Source: Paramoeba atlantica
Lineage: Eukaryota; Protista; Discosea
Direction of reading: 5' to 3'
Assembly: GCA_977017575.1 (NCBI GenBank)
Contig: CDRNVI010000020.1
Coordinates: 248,001-312,000 of the forward strand
DNA length: 64,000 bases
Numbering within the stretch: position 1 is the stretch's first letter; every line of letters starts with the position of its first letter. The position numbers and the translations under genes were made by a program. This document shows positions 57,600-64,000 of this stretch, in pieces. The notes below the pieces were generated by a model that saw nothing but the letters and a program-made list of their open reading frames with translations, was not told the DNA's origin and did not search any database.

Positions 57600-58811
57600 A
57601 AATTATCCATACCTCCTCATTATAAGCATAAGTGGAAGCTTTATCTCATATCCGCATGTATTATTATATGAAGCTTTATCTCATATCCACATGTATTATT
57701 ATTACATTAGTGATAAACAGTTCATAAACACTTATGACATACACTCTAATGCGTGTATACACATCACCTCAAGATGTATACATTTCTTACGTCCACCTTC
57801 TTCCTAAGTGTGCTATACTTACGATCGATATCACGATACTGCGTAATAGTAATCTATTATACAATTTACATAGAATTATAAAAGTATACATTTTAGGCTT
57901 ATAAAGTACGAGAAGCAGTACGTCATCAATGTCCATTTAAGCTCTGACGCAGTGAATGATAAATGCGGTGCACGTGCTTGAATGGGAACCCTCCTAGTGG
58001 GACTGGCACATAGTAGGTATATTATACTACAGAGTGTTCTTTGCCACCAGTGAAGCGCCCCAGGAGAGCTTTGCGTCCCCGTACCCGGATTGAGCCGGGA
58101 GCCGGAGTTGGTACTTGCGGCGCTTGCTTGTGGGGATGGCAGGCGCTCTTGTACCAAACAAACAAACAAACTTACTCAACAAATTTACTCGAACATTCGT
58201 CCGTGCGCTGCAGTTCTGGGGTAGGCGTCCGACCTCCGCCCGTTGCAGGAAGTGCGCTTCACTGCCCTGAGCAGGTGCTAGTGAAGCATAACTTTTTTGG
58301 GTGTATTTTTTCGAATGTTTCGGATGAAGAACAATAGTAAAATAGGTCAGAAGACGTGGAAAAGGAGTGCAAAGTAATCTCTAGTATTAAGTCATATGCC
58401 TTTTAGCCTCCTTGACCAAAAGTAAACGTTTACTATAGTCCCGGAAGGTATTCTTAAACGTTTCCGGTTAATCTTCAGGAAAAAAAGCGAAAAGTTTCAA
58501 TGATGGACCTGGGGTTAAGCTTATGAAGTTTTGCGAGTGTCTTATAGGAGTTAAGTCGCTCTTAATCGATCACGAGTGCCGTGCCCATCTCGGGGCACGC
58601 GTGGGAGGAAGGTAAGCAGAGGGGGCAGTGCTTCTTTGTCACGAATCACCAACAAATGTACCAATTTTAATTAAAAAATGTACTCTGTGAAAAAAAACGA
58701 CTTTTTGGCAGTTTTTTTTCGGTTTAGGTATGATACAGGTGTCCACGAGTGAAAAGCCGCCCTGTTTTTGGAATAGCGGACATTTATACGGGATCATTAA
58801 TTTTTATAATT

Positions 58812-59048
58812 AAACCCCCTTCCGGGTTATTGTGCCCCCCTACACAATAACTGGCTCTAGGCACAATACCTGGCTCTAGGCACAATAACTAAATATTGGA
58901 AAACCAAAAAAAGGGTAAAAAAAAATTGGCGCCGCCTGGCGCCGCCATATTTTGGAGGGGGGGCACAATGATAGTGGTTGTTTCCACTTATTGTGCCCCC
59001 CCTGCACAATAAGTAGCTCTAGGCACAATAACCCGGAACAGGGTTTAT
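58812..59048. mobile_element. MITE
   Basis: TIR AAACCC..TTCCGGGTTATTGTGCC; internal GGCACAATA repeats. Confidence 0.65.
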
Positions 59049-59078
59049 AATTATAATTATAACTCACTTTTTGTTATA

Positions 59079-59256
59079 CTGCCCCCCCCCCTTTAAGCGC
59101 ACCCGGTCAGACCCCCCCGTTTAAGCGCACATAGAGTTGAAGGAAAGAGCCCGGCGCCGCGAAGCGGCGCCAATTCTTTTTTATGTAGTGATTCAGACTC
59201 CCCCGTTTAAGCGCACTTTTCGCGGAAAACGAGGTGCGCTTAAACGGGGGGGACAG
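59079..59256. mobile_element. MITE with pogo-like TIR
   Basis: CTG.CCCCCCC.TTTAAGCGCAC TIRs, TA TSD; resembles the 71-3161 TIR. Confidence 0.75.
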
Positions 59257-59560
59257 TAATTTATAATTTATAAAAATTAAGGAGAGGGAGAGTACTCCTG
59301 CACCTGGATTCATGAAGTGATCACGTCTCTCCGACTTGTGAACGTGGAAGAGGTACAGTGCAAGAGGAACTTACAGGTCACAAAACTTCCGATATCGACC
59401 ACAAAACTCTCAAAAAACGTTGTTTTGTGATGACAATAAAATGCAATAGGCGAGTACCTTACTCAGAATTTCTTAGAATATCTCTCTCTTAATCAATGAC
59501 ACCATAGTTATGTAGAGAGTTCTGTTGACACCGGGTAACGTCTTTTGTCGGGTTCTAAAT

Positions 59561-59869
59561 TACACCCCTGCTAATATATTTTTATGAACGGGTGATTTTT
59601 CGACCTTTATACTTTTCTTAATTTATAATAAATCTTCGTTGTGTAATTTATAAAACGTTTTTTCAAACTTGTATGGCTTTTTTCATCAAAGTGGTCGAAA
59701 CGGCATTCCGAAAGTATTGGGAATGCTGATGCTTTCACTATCGTCGGGAAAAGTACGTGATATTGGTGACGTCAACCGGTACCTTCACAAAATAATTTGT
59801 CTAAATTATAAATACGAATGCAAAATTTTTATAATTTATGTTTATAAAAATTATTTAGCGGGGGTGTAC
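59561..59869. mobile_element. MITE (smaller relative at ~35328-35424)
   Basis: TACACCCCTGCTAA ... TTAGCGGGGGTGTA; shared internal AACGG.TGATTTT.CGAC.TTTATA. Confidence 0.6.
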
Positions 59870-59911
59870 GTACATTCGTTTCTCTATTTCTTTCTTTTTT
59901 CTCTACTATAA

Positions 59912-61123
59912 ATGAACACCGAGAGTGCCCCTCACTACTGCAGCACATGCACGATCTCTATTTCAGGCGATTTGTTCAGCTTGCGACAACATTATTCCAG
60001 TGAGACACACATTCATAATCTTCGTGTACGTACACGAGCCTCAGGGTCGGCTCAGCTTTCGCTTTTGCAACCTTCCAACACTGACGTCCAACGCGTTTCT
60101 TCAGCTCAATACTTTTGCAAGTTGTGTCAGAAGACATTTAACACTGCATTGACCTTACAAGACCACGTACGCTCCCGGACACATCGTTACAATAAGTTAC
60201 AAAACGCCACCCGAAAAAATGAAACGCTATCCGATTGTAAAGAAGAAGCCTCTCTCGAGTACGCTGAATCAGTTTCCAATTCCGATAGTTCCATCACGGA
60301 ACTGCACTGTCTGTTCTGCCTACGATCCCCTCTCTTTCCAAACATCACGACCACTCTATCCCATATGAAGACGGTCCACAATTTCGAAATACCTTTTGAA
60401 AACCATCTTCACGACCTTCAGGGACTGCTTTGTTATCTTGCACGAAAGATTTCTGCCGGGCTGTGCATCACGTGTGAGTCCTCCGAGAGGTCCTCCAAGG
60501 AGTTTGACTCCCTGACTGCGGTCCAAATGCATATGAGGGATCAGCGCCACACCGCTATTCCCCTGTCTGCTCTGTCTACGGGGGAATATGACCCGTACTA
60601 TGAAACAGAGTGGCTTGAGACAATAGCCAGTGACCTCAATGTGGACCAAAAAACACGTACCGGGCCGTTTGCAAAACGAGGGAAAAGTTACTGCGGTCCT
60701 GTGAAATCCTATTTGGATCGTTCCGTGGGTAATAGTGGCCCCCAGAGAGAATCGGGGCAACTTGCCTTGCAATCCACTGCGGATGGCAAGCTGCGACAAA
60801 TACTTGATCGGGGGCATACGACTGGACGAGGAATCAGTGGAAATCATTTGACGATAAATGCTCGAGGACAGAAGACAAGTCTGTATGCTGTAAATACGCC
60901 GCACTCGTCAATGACATCGTTTCGAGATCGTTTTTCAGCTTTGCGGTGTTACTCGGGTGGACAAAAGTTGACCGCTAATCACGCTCAAGAGGAACGTGCG
61001 CGACAGAACCGCATGCGACACTATCAAAGTCGTGAGGATCGGAGAACTTGGGACAAACAGGTACTGAGTGTGGGTGTAAACAACAATCGACTTCACCCTA
61101 AAGGATTTGATGGAGATACGTAG
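59912..61123 (+). CDS. REI1: Pre-60S factor REI1/ZNF622-like C2H2 zinc-finger protein
   Basis: CSTC..RQHYSSETHIHNL, CKLCQKTF..HVRSRTH, CLFC, HMKTVHNFEIP, LQGLLCYL, CITC, QMHMRDQRH. Confidence 0.85.
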   Translation: MNTESAPHYCSTCTISISGDLFSLRQHYSSETHIHNLRVRTRASGSAQLSLLQPSNTDVQRVSSAQYFCKLCQKTFNTALTLQDHVRSRTHRYNKLQNATRKNETLSDCKEEASLEYAESVSNSDSSITELHCLFCLRSPLFPNITTTLSHMKTVHNFEIPFENHLHDLQGLLCYLARKISAGLCITCESSERSSKEFDSLTAVQMHMRDQRHTAIPLSALSTGEYDPYYETEWLETIASDLNVDQKTRTGPFAKRGKSYCGPVKSYLDRSVGNSGPQRESGQLALQSTADGKLRQILDRGHTTGRGISGNHLTINARGQKTSLYAVNTPHSSMTSFRDRFSALRCYSGGQKLTANHAQEERARQNRMRHYQSREDRRTWDKQVLSVGVNNNRLHPKGFDGDT

Positions 61124-61379
61124 ATTGAAATGTGCGATGTTTTCATAGAAAATATAAACAATCTCCTTTGTAGAACTTGTATGAAATTCATTGAATGGAT
61201 CAGACCGAGCGCACTTTTTAAGAAATACCTACTTCTTACTTAAAAACATTAAAGAGAAGGTTCATATGGTCTATAGGAATTCTACAATACAGCTCATTAG
61301 TCGTTTTCTTTGTTTTCATAACTCGGAAGAGTGATTAGATTTTCGTTATTCTATCCATAGAAATATCCTACAGGAGTTT

Positions 61380-63158
61380 ATGCACTATCTCGCTAGAGGG
61401 CATGAAACTTTCAACTTACAGGGAAAACTTGACGTGCCCACAGATACTCAGAACTTTGTATTGTGTCCGGAGTCCGAACTCCGCATCTTCCTACCCATTC
61501 CGTTTTCTCGCGATGATGGGGATTCCTCAATACCGAGTCATCTTGCTGAAGTCACTTTACTTGAGGAGCATAGAGCACATGCCGAGATCTTTGGCGCTCC
61601 CCTTCTTCCTGGGGTGGCCTACACCCTGCCTTGGGGCTGCTCCCTCGCCATCTTCTCCTGGACAGGATGCACCGTAAAATTTCAATGCACAAATTCGAAA
61701 ATACTCCACTCTGCGTATATTTCACGCTTCACCCCCATGCGTTTCTACGCTGAACTTCACAGCCTGCTTCACGAGGCCCGCCTGCGTGGCCTCCCCACCG
61801 AGGCCGCATCTCCCCCCTCCCCACCCCCTCTGGCCTCGCCCCGCACCCTCGTCCTCGGCCCGCCCTGCTCCGGCAAAACCACCCTGTGTCGTATCCTCCT
61901 GAACTACGCCGCCCGCTGCGGTCACACCCCCACCTTTCTCGAGCTCGACCCCCACGCCCCCCTCTCCGGTCCCCCCGGGGTCCTCACCGCCTGCACCTGG
62001 GACCACCCCAACGCGATCGATGAGGTCGCGGTGGCGGGGACCAACGGGCTGCATCTCCCGGTCGGGACCGCTCGCCCGTTCGAGGACCCCGCGGTTTATG
62101 CCCACGCCCTCGAGCGTCTCTGTCACCTCACCGAGCAGCGCCTCACGCATCACAGCAACGACACGGTGGCCTCCGGTGGGGTGGTCATTGACACCCCCCC
62201 CGGGATGGCGCTGGAGACTGTGGGGGGGGTGGTGGATCGGCTTCGTGTCACCCACGTCGTCGTGTTGGGCGACGACAGGTTGGCGCATGAAATCGCGAGC
62301 CGGGTGGGGAGCGGTCAACAAAATCGCGAGCAACAAAATCGCGAGCAACAAAATCGCGGTCAACAAAATCGCGGTCAACAAAATCGCGGTCAACAAAATC
62401 GCGATCAACCCCATCGCGGTCAACCAGGGGGTGAAGAAAAGGGTGACAACAATAGGGAGGGGAGAACCGCTGCCTTTTTAAAGGTAGGTGTGGAGTGTCT
62501 TCCTGTGTCGACCGGGGTGGTGGCACTTCCCTCCGGTTTCCGGGTGAGGGAGAACCTGCAACGGTGGTTCTACGGAGCCGCGTCGGTGCGGGTGAGTCCC
62601 GCGACCCACACCATTCCGTTAGAACGGGTGGAGTTCTTTCGTTTACACTCGAAGAAAGGGGAAAGGAGTAAACCCCTAACCTCTGAAAAGGTATTCGGGG
62701 GGGTAAAAAACATAAACGAGATGGAGAGGGGGGAGATGGCTTCGGCTGTCGAGGCTTCCCCTCTCCCTCACGCCCCGCTGCCTCGGGATTTACAACACAC
62801 GGTTGTGTACCTCATGCGGGGGGCTACCGCGAGTGATGCACTCTATGGCACCGTACTCTGTACGGCCGTGGTGCTGGAGTTAAATGTCCAGTCCCTGGTG
62901 CTCTCGTTGCCGTTCCTCGAGCCCTTGCCCAGGGACGCGAGCCAACGGGACGCACCGACGGAGGGAGGGGAGAGGCCGGGGAACCGGAGGGGGATGTGGG
63001 AGGCTGTTGCAGGGGCAGGGAAAACAAGACCTCAAGGGAGACGGGAAGGGTTGTACGGTGCAGCGCAAGCGTACCAAAGGGAGCAGAGTGCGGCGCCGGG
63101 AAAGATATCTAAGGTGATTGTTGTGGTGTCCAGTATAACGTGCGCGGATGTAGTGTAG
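61380..63158 (+). CDS. CLP1: CLP1 polyribonucleotide 5'-kinase / 3'-end processing factor
   Basis: AEIFGAPL, LAIFSWTGC, GPPCSGKTT, LELDP, GGVVIDT, VVVLGDDRL, STGVV. Confidence 0.9.
   Translation: MHYLARGHETFNLQGKLDVPTDTQNFVLCPESELRIFLPIPFSRDDGDSSIPSHLAEVTLLEEHRAHAEIFGAPLLPGVAYTLPWGCSLAIFSWTGCTVKFQCTNSKILHSAYISRFTPMRFYAELHSLLHEARLRGLPTEAASPPSPPPLASPRTLVLGPPCSGKTTLCRILLNYAARCGHTPTFLELDPHAPLSGPPGVLTACTWDHPNAIDEVAVAGTNGLHLPVGTARPFEDPAVYAHALERLCHLTEQRLTHHSNDTVASGGVVIDTPPGMALETVGGVVDRLRVTHVVVLGDDRLAHEIASRVGSGQQNREQQNREQQNRGQQNRGQQNRGQQNRDQPHRGQPGGEEKGDNNREGRTAAFLKVGVECLPVSTGVVALPSGFRVRENLQRWFYGAASVRVSPATHTIPLERVEFFRLHSKKGERSKPLTSEKVFGGVKNINEMERGEMASAVEASPLPHAPLPRDLQHTVVYLMRGATASDALYGTVLCTAVVLELNVQSLVLSLPFLEPLPRDASQRDAPTEGGERPGNRRGMWEAVAGAGKTRPQGRREGLYGAAQAYQREQSAAPGKISKVIVVVSSITCADVV
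62316..62420 (+). repeat. In-frame 15-bp repeat (QQNRE/QQNRG x6 plus one degenerate unit) within CLP1
   Basis: CAACAAAATCGCG(AG/GT) units. Confidence 0.9.
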
Positions 63159-63426
63159 GGGAAGGGGTGAGTGGGGTATAGGGAATCGTGGAACGCATTC
63201 ATATTAGTTGTAGGCATTGAACTGGCATCTTGTTTGTATTCTACGTTTTGTGATTTCTTTTTATGGTTTATCTGATGGAACCCCTTCCTCTCAGGGCGCT
63301 ATTAGTGCCATTTTGTCGAAACCCGCGGCATTACATGTATGTAATCGTACAGTACAGTGTAAATTCATAACGTTTATATTTCATAATTATAGTTATTCAT
63401 GAAAGGGTGAATTCAACGTTTTTTGG

Positions 63427-64000
63427 ATGATCTTTTTCCTCTTTGTCGTCCGCTTTCTTGGAGTACGCGCACCTGATACCACTAGCCCTCCTCTAAAACG
63501 GAAACGGTTGGACCAATTCACGACTCATACAGCCTCTGAAAGCTCTGATGAGGATCAATTGAAACGTTTTGTGGAGCATACTCATACACACACTTGTCTA
63601 GCTTTGATATGGAAAAATGAGTCTATTCGCGTGTGTTCTTGGAATGGGGTACGTTGCAACAAAGACTTTGAAATTATCGGGTTATGCCCTCACACACGGT
63701 GATTTTTGAAGCCGATGTCAATATGGATCAATATCGTTGTATCGGGCATATTCCCTCAGAGGAATTGGTCGATCCTCTCCAAAACTTCTCCATTTGGGGT
63801 CATATGCACACAGAAACTTTCGATTTTACTGTACTTCCTCCCAACTTAGAACGTTTGGTCATTGGTAAAAATTGGTTTGAAGGAATCGCAGATCTTTCTA
63901 AACTTCCAAACACATTGCGAGAACTTAATACTGCGCAGAATCGCTTTATCGGAGAAGTTGATTTATGTCACCTCCCTCCTCTACAAAAACTCGATTTGGC
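63427..64000 (+). pseudogene. LRR protein gene, frameshifted at a CA run near 63690, runs off the window
   Basis: PPLKRKR, VCSWNGVRC cap; the shifted frame reads LPPNLERLVIGKNWFEG..LPNTLRELNTAQNRFIG. Confidence 0.75.

Larger units (their letters stand above)
51524..58294 (+). mobile_element. Second YR retroelement with inverted termini
   Basis: 114-bp IR 51734-51847 / 58181-58294 (1 mismatch) enclosing gag, YR and RT-RNaseH; 40-bp IR 51524-51563 / 51699-51738. Confidence 0.8.

Noticed and set aside
61722-62526. Antisense and alternate-frame ORFs in GC-rich genes (also across 17849-20304 and 6548-7238)
   Set aside because: Shadows of real coding frames with no motifs

Overview
Eukaryotic, very probably euglenozoan/kinetoplastid-like DNA. 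The recognisable host genes are intronless and all on the + strand: several 22-aa-repeat LRR proteins, SPCS2-like, a paraflagellar-rod-domain protein, a DNA 3'-phosphatase, REI1 and CLP1. They are embedded in a dense load of mobile elements. DNA transposons include a pogo-like element whose transposase runs into a Ulp1-like protease, Tc1 elements and MITEs, Merlin relics and hAT-like relics that seem to carry Asp at the third catalytic position. There are two different tyrosine-recombinase (YR) retroelements with gag-YR-RT/RNaseH order. Element 1 (VIPER-like) is 5'-truncated, has a B1-A2-B2 split direct repeat with a palindromic junction, and alternates with a 3.96 kb LRR-bearing segment in a near-identical Y-V-Y-V-Y array (13676-34872). 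Element 2 (about 51524-58294) is the most unusual feature. It has 114-bp inverted termini, a 40-bp fold-back at its left end, an 11-copy ~64-bp multi-hairpin array, and three separated, non-overlapping genes. All calls come from reading motifs by eye; no database searches were run.
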